Assembly: GCA_000960865.2 (NCBI GenBank)
Contig: JZWU02000012.1
Coordinates: 1 to 44,887 of the forward strand
Length of the DNA: 44,887 nucleotides
Source: Vulcanisaeta sp. AZ3
GTDB lineage: Archaea; Thermoproteota; Thermoprotei; Thermoproteales; Thermocladiaceae
Direction of reading: 5' to 3'
The notes below the pieces were generated by a model. It was given only the letters and a program-made list of their open reading frames with translations. It did no database searches and was not told where the DNA came from. Each line of letters begins with the position of its first letter. The stretch's first letter is position 1. The translations under genes and the position numbers were made by a program. Below, in pieces: positions 36,004-44,887 of this stretch.

Positions 36004-38144
36004 GTGTTAAGTATTTTCCATAGGTCCTCGGGTGTCACGGGCACCTTAGTCAACCTAGCCTTTAAGCCCCTCCTCCTGAGGACATCCTCAATGGCACTCA
36101 CCACCGCAGCAGCTGCAATCCCCACTGGCACCTCACCAATACCCTTCACACCCATTGGCGTGACCGTGGATGGAGTTGGCATTAGGTGAACCTCTATCTC
36201 CGGCATGTCCTCAGCGTTTGGAAGGCCGTAGTCAGCTATGTTTGTTGTTAGTAGGTTGCCGTCATCATCATACTTATACGCCTCGTAAAGAGCCACTGAT
36301 ATGCCTATGGCGGTTCCACCCATAACCTGCTCCTTAATAACCTCCTCATCAATCGGCGTGCCAGGGTCAAGGTACACAACATGCTTCAATGGCTTCACCG
36401 TGCCATCATCATTGACCCTAACCACAGCCACATCACATGCGAAGGGATATGCCGTAAACCTACCCTTCCTGGCCTTAAGCTCATAAACATAATCCACAAA
36501 CTCCCCATTAAACTCAGTAATCCTAATTGAACCCCTTGGTGAGTAGAAATTACCCTCCTCATAAACCACATCATTACCCAAGACCTCCCTAGCCTTAACC
36601 ATCAATTTTTCCTTTAAGGCATTCACAGCACCTATCACAGCACCCGCAGTAAAGACACCCATCCTACTACCCCCAGGACCAAAGGACTGAGGACTCGATA
36701 GGTTATCTAGGTACTCAACAACAACCTCCTCAGGCTTAATCTGAAGGAGCTTAGAAACTAGGAGTATTAGGGTGTGTTCATTACCCTGCCCCTCACCACC
36801 AAAACCCACACCAACCACCACCTTACCATCCCTAATAGACAACCTAACACCCTCACTACCCTCAGGAGTACTCGGGTCTGTAGAGACAGCAATACCAACA
36901 CCAATATTTTCACTCCTCATTGAGAATAAATCAGTCCTAGAAAGAGCAGCCTCAAGGAGGCCCTTTGGATTGCCTGAGTCATAATAATCATAAGGCGCCT
37001 CATACGGTAGGGAATCAATTAAATTCCTACGCCTAACCTCAGCCCTATCCATACCCAACTCATCAGCGAGGGCATCCATAACCCTCTCCAAAGCCCACGT
37101 ATGAGGTGGAGTCCCCGCCCCACGGAAGGCACCGGGTGGATTCTTATTCGTGGCAACCAAATCAGCCTTATACCTCAGGTTAGTTATTTTATACGGACCA
37201 GCCAAGATACCAAGGGGCTTGAAGGCTTGGCCACTACTCCTGGACGCACCCACATCCTCCCAAATATGAATATCTAAACCCCTAACCACACCACCGCTGG
37301 TGTAATAAGCATCGATGTGGAACTTCCTCTCAGGTCCACTACTGCCTGACGCCATTAAGTGCTCAGTCCTAGTCTCAACCCACCTAATCGGCACCTTAAA
37401 CTTAAGAGCTGCATAACCAAGAATGACTAAGTACTTAGTTAGGGAGAATTTAGAACCAAAGGAACCACCATGCCTAGTAGGAACATGCATAACCCTAACA
37501 CCCAAAACCCTACTAACTTCATTAGCCGCAGCGTAAGGCCCCTGAACATTAGAAATAATACTCAAACCACCATCTGTAGGATACACAACCGCCTCAAAGG
37601 GCTCTATGGGATTACCTGAAGACCTAGACCAATATAGGTCAAGGCTAAGTACATTAGTATTTGTAGGCATGGAACCATACTCAAAGGTTTGACTATAAAC
37701 AACATTACTACCCACATCCTCAAAAACCAAAGACTCATTCCTAAGGGCAACATCAATATTAGGCACAGGAGGTAAGGGCTCATAATCAACCTGAACAAGC
37801 TCCGCCAAATCAAGAGCCTTATACGGATCATCGGCGATGACAAGAGCCACAGGATCACCAACATACCTAACCTTATCCACAGCCAAGTAATTACTAACAC
37901 CAGAGGCCTCACCAACCTCACCCACAGCCCCAACCCTCAAATCACTACCAGTCAAAACCAAGGCACCACCCCTAACAGCATCACCAACATCAATAGACTT
38001 AATCCTAGCATGAGCATAAGGACTCCTCACAAACACACCATACTTACCCCTATAGACAGGGGCCAAGTCACCTACAAACCCACCCCTACCCAGTAATGCA
38101 CCCAGCACATCAAACCTACCAACCACAACCAACGAGAGAGGCAA
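36000..38144 (-). CDS. Xanthine dehydrogenase family molybdopterin-binding large subunit (CoxL/CutA-like)
   Basis: VRSPYAHARI, VRYVGDPVALV, GGSFGSK, AFRGAG, GQG, GGSR, KGIGE. Start uncertain. Confidence 0.9.
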   Translation of the reverse strand: MPLSLVVVGRFDVLGALLGRGGFVGDLAPVYRGKYGVFVRSPYAHARIKSIDVGDAVRGGALVLTGSDLRVGAVGEVGEASGVSNYLAVDKVRYVGDPVALVIADDPYKALDLAELVQVDYEPLPPVPNIDVALRNESLVFEDVGSNVVYSQTFEYGSMPTNTNVLSLDLYWSRSSGNPIEPFEAVVYPTDGGLSIISNVQGPYAAANEVSRVLGVRVMHVPTRHGGSFGSKFSLTKYLVILGYAALKFKVPIRWVETRTEHLMASGSSGPERKFHIDAYYTSGGVVRGLDIHIWEDVGASRSSGQAFKPLGILAGPYKITNLRYKADLVATNKNPPGAFRGAGTPPHTWALERVMDALADELGMDRAEVRRRNLIDSLPYEAPYDYYDSGNPKGLLEAALSRTDLFSMRSENIGVGIAVSTDPSTPEGSEGVRLSIRDGKVVVGVGFGGEGQGNEHTLILLVSKLLQIKPEEVVVEYLDNLSSPQSFGPGGSRMGVFTAGAVIGAVNALKEKLMVKAREVLGNDVVYEEGNFYSPRGSIRITEFNGEFVDYVYELKARKGRFTAYPFACDVAVVRVNDDGTVKPLKHVVYLDPGTPIDEEVIKEQVMGGTAIGISVALYEAYKYDDDGNLLTTNIADYGLPNAEDMPEIEVHLMPTPSTVTPMGVKGIGEVPVGIAAAAVVSAIEDVLRRRGLKARLTKVPVTPEDLWKILNT

Positions 38145-38359
38145 GGGGCAAATAAGGATAACTCCCTAAATCCAAAAATAGCACCATAACTACCCATCAT
38201 AAACATAAAATCATGAAAATAATGCCATAAATGCATCCGATACTAATATTCATACGGTATGCGTGGTTATTATGGAGAACATCGTGAATGATCCAAAAGC
38301 CCCACAGCTAAGGTGCTTAGGGCACGGGATATTGCTTCTCTAGAAACATAATGGCAATG

Positions 38360-38391
38360 TTTATATATCTGTTATATTCTAAATAGAATAT
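38360..38391 (+). promoter_or_regulatory. TATA box plus inverted-repeat operator candidate upstream of cimA
   Basis: TTTATATA 38360-38367, then ATATTCT-AAAT-AGAATAT 38374-38391 abutting GTG 38392. Confidence 0.55.
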
Positions 38392-39981
38392 GTGGGAGAT
38401 TATGTAGAAGTTCTAGACACAACCCTTAGAGATGGAACACAAGGCGCCGGTATCTCCTTCACTCTCCAGGACAAAATAAAAATCGCACTTAGCCTTGACG
38501 AATTAGGAGTAGACTATATCGAGGGAGGTTGGCCCTACTCAAACCCAAAAGACCTCGAATTCTTCAAAGCAATGAGGGAGTACAACTTAAGTCGATCAAA
38601 ATTAGCAGCCTTCGGAAGCACCAGGCGAAAAAATACAAAACCCAAAGATGATGAAAGTCTCAACACCATCATTAAAGCAGACGTACCTGCAGCTGTAATT
38701 TTCGGCAAAAGCTGGACACTCCACGTAAAGGAAGTACTCAACACCACTTGGGAAGAGAACTTAGCAATGATCACTGAGAGCGTAGAATACTTGAGAGAAC
38801 ACGGAATGGAAGTCATATATGATGCAGAACACTTCTACCAAGGCTACCAAGAAGATCCAGAGATGGCACTGGCCTCCATAGAAGCGGCGTGGCGTGCTGG
38901 GGCCCATGCAATAGTACTAGCAGACACTAACGGAGGAACACCACCACACGAGGTGTATAGAATTACGGCAGAGGTGAGGAAAAGATTCCCAGCAATGCAT
39001 CTAGGTGCCCATATGCATAATGACATAGGCTGCGCAGTGGCTAACACCATAATGGCAATAACCGCTGGTGCTAGACATGTCCAAGGCACAATCAATGGTA
39101 TAGGAGAAAGAACAGGTAATGCAGACCTAGTAGCAGTATTACCCACCCTAGAACTTAAGATGGGACTACAAACCCTCCGCAACGAACCTTCCTCAATAAA
39201 GTATAGCAAACTTAAAGAAGTGTCTAGGCTTGTATATGAGGCACTCGGCCTCCAACCAAACCCATACCAACCCTACGTGGGAGAATTCGCCTTCGCACAC
39301 AAGGGTGGTGTCCACGCAGATGCAGTCATGAAGGTGCCAAGAGCCTATGAGCACATAGACCCAGCGCTTGTGGGAAGTAAGAGAATTTTCATAGTTTCTG
39401 AGGTTGCAGGAGGCGCTAGTGTGGTTCTAAAGGCGGCTGAGGAAATAGGAATCCCACTTGATAAACGCAATGAAGCCGTGAGAAAAGCCTTAGAAGAGAT
39501 AAAACGACTCGAGAGGGAAGGATACTCCTTCGACCTAGCTCCAGCCTCCGCCATACTCATACTAATGCGACACCTCGGCATATACCGAGAGAGATTCAAA
39601 GTACTAGAATGGAGAGTACTAACTGGACCCACCGAGAACTCCTATGCCATAGTTAAGGTGCAGGTCGGCGAAGAGGAAAGGCTTGAGGCAGGAGAGGGGG
39701 TCGGCCCAGTACATGCGATAGACGTAGCTCTTCGACGAGCCCTCACCATCTCCTTCCCGCAACTCAAAGACGTAGTTCTAAGCGATTACAAGGTAGTACT
39801 ACCAACCTCAGTGAGGAGTACAGAAAGTGTGGTTAGAGTCACTGCTGAGTTTAAGAATAACGAGAGGGTATGGCGTACGGTCGGCGTCTCCACAAATATT
39901 GTAAAGGCGTCGATAAAAGCCATAGTAGATGGCTACGACTTTACCCTCCAACTAGAAAGCCTACAACACAACTCCAAATAA
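38392..39981 (+). CDS. cimA: Citramalate synthase
   Basis: DTTLRDGTQ, IEGGWP.SNPKD, AAFGST, FGKSW..HV, YDAEHF, H.HND, FAHKGG.H; LeuA-type regulatory C-terminal domain. Confidence 0.9.
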   Translation: MGDYVEVLDTTLRDGTQGAGISFTLQDKIKIALSLDELGVDYIEGGWPYSNPKDLEFFKAMREYNLSRSKLAAFGSTRRKNTKPKDDESLNTIIKADVPAAVIFGKSWTLHVKEVLNTTWEENLAMITESVEYLREHGMEVIYDAEHFYQGYQEDPEMALASIEAAWRAGAHAIVLADTNGGTPPHEVYRITAEVRKRFPAMHLGAHMHNDIGCAVANTIMAITAGARHVQGTINGIGERTGNADLVAVLPTLELKMGLQTLRNEPSSIKYSKLKEVSRLVYEALGLQPNPYQPYVGEFAFAHKGGVHADAVMKVPRAYEHIDPALVGSKRIFIVSEVAGGASVVLKAAEEIGIPLDKRNEAVRKALEEIKRLEREGYSFDLAPASAILILMRHLGIYRERFKVLEWRVLTGPTENSYAIVKVQVGEEERLEAGEGVGPVHAIDVALRRALTISFPQLKDVVLSDYKVVLPTSVRSTESVVRVTAEFKNNERVWRTVGVSTNIVKASIKAIVDGYDFTLQLESLQHNSK

Positions 39982-40183
39982 CATAAAGCACATTCTCTGC
40001 AAACTCAATTACAGTAAAGAGGATAGGCCTCATAAGGGACGGCATCAGCATTGATTTAAACATCATCCTGAGGCTAAGGGCTGATGTAGAACAATAAGAG
40101 CCGTGGTAAACGTAAAGGATGGCTCCATGACTATTTGCTTGGAGAAAAAACTTTTAAATGTAGAGAGTTATCTTCATAGCACT

Positions 40184-42625
40184 ATGATTCAAATTGACTC
40201 GAAAGTTTTGGAAGAATATGGTTATCTTTTTGGAGAAAAGTTTGTAAATGGGAAGAGGGTAGTAGTTGAGGAATTAATAGAAGAAATGGCCAAGGCCTTT
40301 CGAGACGAGATCGACAAGGTCGTTAGAGCGAGACGCGAATGGCTAGAGGATAAAAGACCCGTCAAAGAGAAGGCCGCCTTCCCCAACTGGGATGAGAAGT
40401 TCGTCGATGCGGATGGCAACGTAAGAACATTTAGAGAAATCATACAGGGACTCATTGATAACTTCCTCGGCAAAGACACACCACTCAGATGGGGACTAAA
40501 CTGGAACACCCCAGTCCCAGAGGACCTCCATCCACTAAAGAACCCAGGTCTAGAAATCACAGGCCCATGGTACCCAATGAGCAGGGCAATCCACCAAATA
40601 AATGCCGACGTAGCCGCCATGATGGAGGATGAGGAAGATGCAAGCCCAGCCTGGTTCATACCATGGGGCTCGGGCAGGCGTGTCTCGGCGGTGTGGGAAG
40701 CGAGGCAGGTGGTGAGGCGAGTCCTACGGGGTGAGGTGCCGGATCCCTATTACGAGAAGGGCAAGGTGTATAGGATACAGAAGGAGAGGCGTAAGTGGCC
40801 TACATTAATACATAGGATACCCGGAATCCACATATTAGACTTCGACATAAGAGTGGATGGTAAGCCAATCCCTGCAATCATAACCTCCATCGTAATATAC
40901 ACTGTTAATAATTACGATGAGTTAAAGAAAGCGGGGTCAGGGGTATACTTCTACGTACCGAAGACACAAACCGCCGGGGAGGCCCTGGTGATAGAGAAGA
41001 TGCTGAGGTTCCTCGAGGACAAATTAGGACTTAAGAGAGGTGAGTTGAAAATCGCCATGTTATACGAAGAAGCAAGAGCCGGTCTCCAACTCCCCGTAAT
41101 CTTCTGGATATGGCGTGAGAGACTCGTAAAGAGCAACAATGGGAGATGGGACTACCTAGGATCCCTCATAGAGATGTGGAAGGACGAAGCCATATACCCA
41201 GACCCCCAGACCATCACTATGACTCACCCCATCATGATGGCGTACCAGAAGTACAACGCATTAATGTGCCTCATGGCCGGCCTCGGAAAGAATGGCGAAC
41301 TTAATGCAGGGCCCGTGGGTGGAATGGCAGCCGTAATGCTGTATAGACCCGACGACGCATACCAAAGAAATAGATACAACGATAGAGCACTCAGGGCAAT
41401 CTGGACAGACAAGCTAAGGGAGAGGCTCATAGGCCTGATCTTCGTTAGTGAGGAGCCCATTGAGAAAGTAACACTAAAGGAGGTCCTGGAGGGGAAAGTC
41501 CGAGGAAAACTATACGACCTATTCCGCCAGAGTTGGGTGGCAGCGCCCGAGGAGTCCTACGTTAAGGCCGGCAATGAACCATTAAGAGCAAGTCTAGAGG
41601 AGCTTCAGGTACTCATTAATAGGCCGGTGAAGTTCGTTGAGGTAGATGGCGCCAAAATACCCACGGTAGACAGCGGCCTAACTGATCAAGAGAGACAACT
41701 CTTCCAGCGCCTCGGCCTCATAGATGCGGAGGGTAACATAACACCTTGGGTCGTAAGACCAGACGTGGTTGATACACCAGAAAAACTACTAACAAACCCC
41801 AAGCTATGGGACGGGAAAGACCTCTGGACTGCACTATTCGAACCACCCAAGGGCGATGTAACGGCCGAACACATACAACACGCCTTCTACATGGCCGCCA
41901 ACTACGGCTTCCAACTACTAAACGGAAACCTAGCAGCCGCAATAGACGATTACGAACTAGGCCAGAGATTCATGAACGACCTAGCCACATACCGTATATT
42001 CTCAACATGGCTATGGACACTACTAAGGCATAAAGCCACTATTACAAAGGACGGGGCATTTAAAGGCCCAGCCAGGACAACACTCGGCGTAATACCAGCA
42101 GAGAACAAAATCAAGATAGCCGCAGTCACTCAATTCACAGAGGAACTCTTCGACAAACTCTGGGACCTCCACATGGATTGGACCTACGCCTTCTACGACG
42201 ACCTAGACAGAATAGCAGCGGAGAAAATACTCCTCAAGTTCATAGACAATGTAAAGAATACATTGCATAACGCCTACATGGAGGGACCCTTCAGACTACA
42301 ATCATCAAGAGAAACCGCAAGAAGAATCCTAGAATCACTCTGGATAGAGGAAGTGGAGAAGGCAGTAATCGAAAACCAACCACGCTTCGACCGCTACTTC
42401 GCCCCAGTCATAATGCAAATCCTCAAGGCTAAACTAAAGTCACCAATGTACCTGCAACACGGCGGTAGACTCATCATGGTCCTAGCACCCCTACCTGAGG
42501 AGGAGAGGAATGCAGCGCTCAATGCAATATTCACACCAAGAGAACAGGTAGAGAAACTTGTGAAAGATGGTGAACTACCGCAGTACGTCCTCGAAATATA
42601 CGACTACGTACACGACATAAGATAA
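40184..42625 (+). CDS. Malate synthase (long crenarchaeal type)
   Basis: EITGP, M.D.EDA, YFYVPK, N.GRWDY..S, GGMAA, DK.RE, WVA, FMNDLATYRI. BRE/TATA at ~40144-40159 supports ATG 40184. Confidence 0.88.
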   Translation: MIQIDSKVLEEYGYLFGEKFVNGKRVVVEELIEEMAKAFRDEIDKVVRARREWLEDKRPVKEKAAFPNWDEKFVDADGNVRTFREIIQGLIDNFLGKDTPLRWGLNWNTPVPEDLHPLKNPGLEITGPWYPMSRAIHQINADVAAMMEDEEDASPAWFIPWGSGRRVSAVWEARQVVRRVLRGEVPDPYYEKGKVYRIQKERRKWPTLIHRIPGIHILDFDIRVDGKPIPAIITSIVIYTVNNYDELKKAGSGVYFYVPKTQTAGEALVIEKMLRFLEDKLGLKRGELKIAMLYEEARAGLQLPVIFWIWRERLVKSNNGRWDYLGSLIEMWKDEAIYPDPQTITMTHPIMMAYQKYNALMCLMAGLGKNGELNAGPVGGMAAVMLYRPDDAYQRNRYNDRALRAIWTDKLRERLIGLIFVSEEPIEKVTLKEVLEGKVRGKLYDLFRQSWVAAPEESYVKAGNEPLRASLEELQVLINRPVKFVEVDGAKIPTVDSGLTDQERQLFQRLGLIDAEGNITPWVVRPDVVDTPEKLLTNPKLWDGKDLWTALFEPPKGDVTAEHIQHAFYMAANYGFQLLNGNLAAAIDDYELGQRFMNDLATYRIFSTWLWTLLRHKATITKDGAFKGPARTTLGVIPAENKIKIAAVTQFTEELFDKLWDLHMDWTYAFYDDLDRIAAEKILLKFIDNVKNTLHNAYMEGPFRLQSSRETARRILESLWIEEVEKAVIENQPRFDRYFAPVIMQILKAKLKSPMYLQHGGRLIMVLAPLPEEERNAALNAIFTPREQVEKLVKDGELPQYVLEIYDYVHDIR

Positions 42626-42827
42626 ATCCACAAACCAAAGCAAATACATAAAATTAAATCCTCTAAGATAACATAAAACGAAGAATTAATATTACACCCT
42701 CTCAGCTCCGCATTTAAAATCTAAAAGAACTCTGAAAGATTAAATACCAGCGCTCTCCATTATATATCACACGAAATCGAAAACACATAAACCGTATTAA
42801 GTTATACTTTAGCTAACCTCCTCGCCC

Positions 42828-43610
42828 TTATTCTGTGACGCGTAGGTATAGTTTGTCTATTTCGCCTAGGTCTCTAATCTTCTTAGCACCAACCCCCTTA
42901 ACCAGCGAATATCGTTTGCCCTCTATGTCAATGGTTAGTATGGCTGACTCATCCTCACCAACAACTACGCTTGAATCTAGGAAATCCTCCACACCCACAG
43001 GCCCAAACAACTTACCACTCAATATTAAATACAATGGATACCCACCAAACTGCTCCAACTGATCCAACTCATGCGTAACCACAAGCCCAGCCGTACCGAA
43101 TTCTCTCAACCACTTAATTACAATCCTCCTCTTTGCATAATCTACATTCTCAAAGGGCTCGTCGATGAAGATGTACTTAGGCTTTGAGGCTAGAGCCATT
43201 ATTGTGGAGAATAAGACCCTCTGACCAGCGGATAAGTTATGAAACCTCTTACTTAAATCCCCTTCCCTTATATCAACTTCTCTAAGCATTTCAATAGCCA
43301 GCTTGACATCAACCCCCTTTAATTCCTCGAGTATACGCAACTTATCCATTAAACGAATTCCCAGGGTCATCGTCTCTGGTAGGTTGCAGGATAGGTCTAG
43401 GTAATTCCTCAAACCCCTGACCTCTCTACCATCAATGGTTATTGAACCCTCATAATTAACAACACCACACACAGCCCTCAATAATGTTGTTTTACCAGAA
43501 CCATTAGGACCAACAAGCAATGCCTTCCCACTAATTTCAGCACTAACCCCCTTAATAATCTCAACCCCACCCCTACCGAAGACTCTAACATCCTTGAGCA
43601 CGACCGTCAT
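42828..43610 (-). CDS. ABC transporter ATP-binding protein
   Basis: GPNGSGKT, LSAGQ, FIDEP, VTHE. Confidence 0.93.
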   Translation of the reverse strand: MTVVLKDVRVFGRGGVEIIKGVSAEISGKALLVGPNGSGKTTLLRAVCGVVNYEGSITIDGREVRGLRNYLDLSCNLPETMTLGIRLMDKLRILEELKGVDVKLAIEMLREVDIREGDLSKRFHNLSAGQRVLFSTIMALASKPKYIFIDEPFENVDYAKRRIVIKWLREFGTAGLVVTHELDQLEQFGGYPLYLILSGKLFGPVGVEDFLDSSVVVGEDESAILTIDIEGKRYSLVKGVGAKKIRDLGEIDKLYLRVTE

Positions 43611-44449
43611 AATATCCTCACCTCCTCAGGCGGTACTAAATACAAACCTCTAAGCAACACAGAGGACAATACGCCTAAAATCACTATCCATAGGGCTAAG
43701 TAGATGAATAAATCCAATGGTGATACCGTAGGTACCGATACGAGGGATTGACCAGTTGTAAAGGGTTCTAGCGTAAGTGGTACATTGCCCTTGCCGTAGT
43801 ATCCGAAGTAAGCTAGCATTTCAATCTCGTTGAATGGGGATAATGCATATACGTAATTCCACTTACCCAAGTCTAGGTTGGCCCACATAAGACCGAATAA
43901 ATAGCCCAGGATCAGCGGTATGAAGGAGAGAATATTTATCAAGCGGGGCCCCCCAAGCCTTAATACTATGATGTCTAGTAGTGTGGAGAGAGCTGTAAAG
44001 AATAAACCAGCTAATACGACGTCGGCTAGGATAACTGGTATATTACTAGGCTTAGCCACTGAATACCCAAAGTGATATCCAAATAGTGCGTATGTGATTG
44101 CTAGTAATACTAAGCCTATGATTGCGCTAACAATAGCCATACCACCGTATGTAGAAATCAAGTAATAACTAGGCTTTAGCTTCGAGTATCTAACTAAGTG
44201 CGATAAGCCGCCGGTTTGATATGTGAGGGAGAACGTTAATGAGGTCCCCACCGCAGATGCAGACATTATTATTAATACGCCATACCACGATGATGTATAG
44301 GCTTGTTCAACCGAGAGATAGTTAGGCACTCCACTACTTTCTACAAGGGCGCCTATGACGGCCCAAAATGTAGCAAATGCCACACCCCAAAAGAGCACAT
44401 TGGGATTAGTCAACATACTCCTCACAGTATAAGTAAGTAACCTCGGCAT
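43607..44449 (-). CDS. ABC-2-type exporter permease
   Basis: About 6 TM helices; 4-nt overlap with the ATPase gene; TATA-like TTTATATA ~30 nt upstream. Confidence 0.8.
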   Translation of the reverse strand: MPRLLTYTVRSMLTNPNVLFWGVAFATFWAVIGALVESSGVPNYLSVEQAYTSSWYGVLIIMSASAVGTSLTFSLTYQTGGLSHLVRYSKLKPSYYLISTYGGMAIVSAIIGLVLLAITYALFGYHFGYSVAKPSNIPVILADVVLAGLFFTALSTLLDIIVLRLGGPRLINILSFIPLILGYLFGLMWANLDLGKWNYVYALSPFNEIEMLAYFGYYGKGNVPLTLEPFTTGQSLVSVPTVSPLDLFIYLALWIVILGVLSSVLLRGLYLVPPEEVRIL

Positions 44450-44609
44450 ACGAGGGTTATTTTGACTATTTTACACCATTTATATAAATTTTACTTCTGC
44501 AGAAAACTAACTATAAAGCAGTGGCTATGCACTATGGATGACCCACACTTGCCTAAAGGGCCTAGCGTCACTTAATGCTGGAGAGATTTTTATATCCCTA
44601 GTCCCTATT

Positions 44610-44730
44610 TTGATCGTAAATATAACGTTGGAGAAGCTCAACGAGACAATAAAGGCCGCTATGGACAAGGGCATCGACATCCCAAGCCTCTAAGAAAGTG
44701 TATAAGGCGGCTGAGGAGGTAGTCAAGGTT
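44610..44730 (+). pseudogene. PaREP1 (HEPN-like) gene relic
   Basis: TTG-started MIVNITLEKLNETIKAAMDKGIDIPSL*, then in another frame QASKKVYKAAEEVVK, matching the PaREP1 QASEKLYKAAEE..K motif. TATA-like TTTTTATA at ~44587. Confidence 0.6.
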
Positions 44731-44887
44731 GTTAATTCCCCGGTGGGGGAGCTGGGCGGCTGGGCGTCGATGCAGTTAGGGCTACGGTTAAGATTATTAA
44801 TCACTCCATACCTCCTCGTACGGCGACTCCTCGGTTGAGCCATTATCGCGCCGTAAGGGCCCGAGGTCTGGAATAAGGCCGGTGATG

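Noticed and set aside
38219-38273. Imperfect hairpin between xdh and cimA
   Set aside because: Too many bulges and mismatches to distinguish from chance.
40030-40090. Minus-strand ATGATGT...CTGA sRNA-like motif
   Set aside because: Imperfect C box and no terminal D box.
44598-44843. 81-aa minus-strand ORF
   Set aside because: Antisense to the PaREP1 relic and has no motifs. A separate open frame ending at 44797 may be the tail of a gene outside the window but cannot be verified.

Overview
Gene-dense archaeal chromosomal segment. The lineage is most likely Thermoproteales (Vulcanisaeta/Caldivirga-like), inferred from AGG-rich codon use, many leaderless TATA-proximal starts, Csl4/RpoL/NurA, PaREP-type genes and a NuoB-C fusion. 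It carries about 42 CDSs: an ABC substrate-binding protein, aconitase, an NAD kinase-HTH fusion, RpoL, a CBS-HPF-like protein, nuoA/BC/D, NurA, a COG2403 (ArcE/cDPGS-like) ATPase, Csl4, a creatininase/hydantoinase/MFS/GNAT cluster, SixA, TenA, Thg1, PNP, a Mo-hydroxylase large subunit, CimA, malate synthase and an ABC exporter. Features absent from the ORF track are ribosomal protein S14, tRNA-Phe(GAA), at least four box C/D guide sRNAs in two pairs, and a PaREP1 relic. The best leads are the CBS+HPF/RaiA-like hibernation-factor candidate, sRNA pairs at both ends of a block separating csl4 from rpoL (one sRNA has guides matching the 16S 530 region), the NAD kinase-wHTH fusion with a degenerate GGDG motif, a Fe-S glycosylase resembling Q-salvage enzymes, a cyclic-amide catabolic cluster and operator-like palindromes at tenA and cimA. 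No CRISPR array, transposase or integrase was seen. All family calls come from motif recognition, not from database searches.
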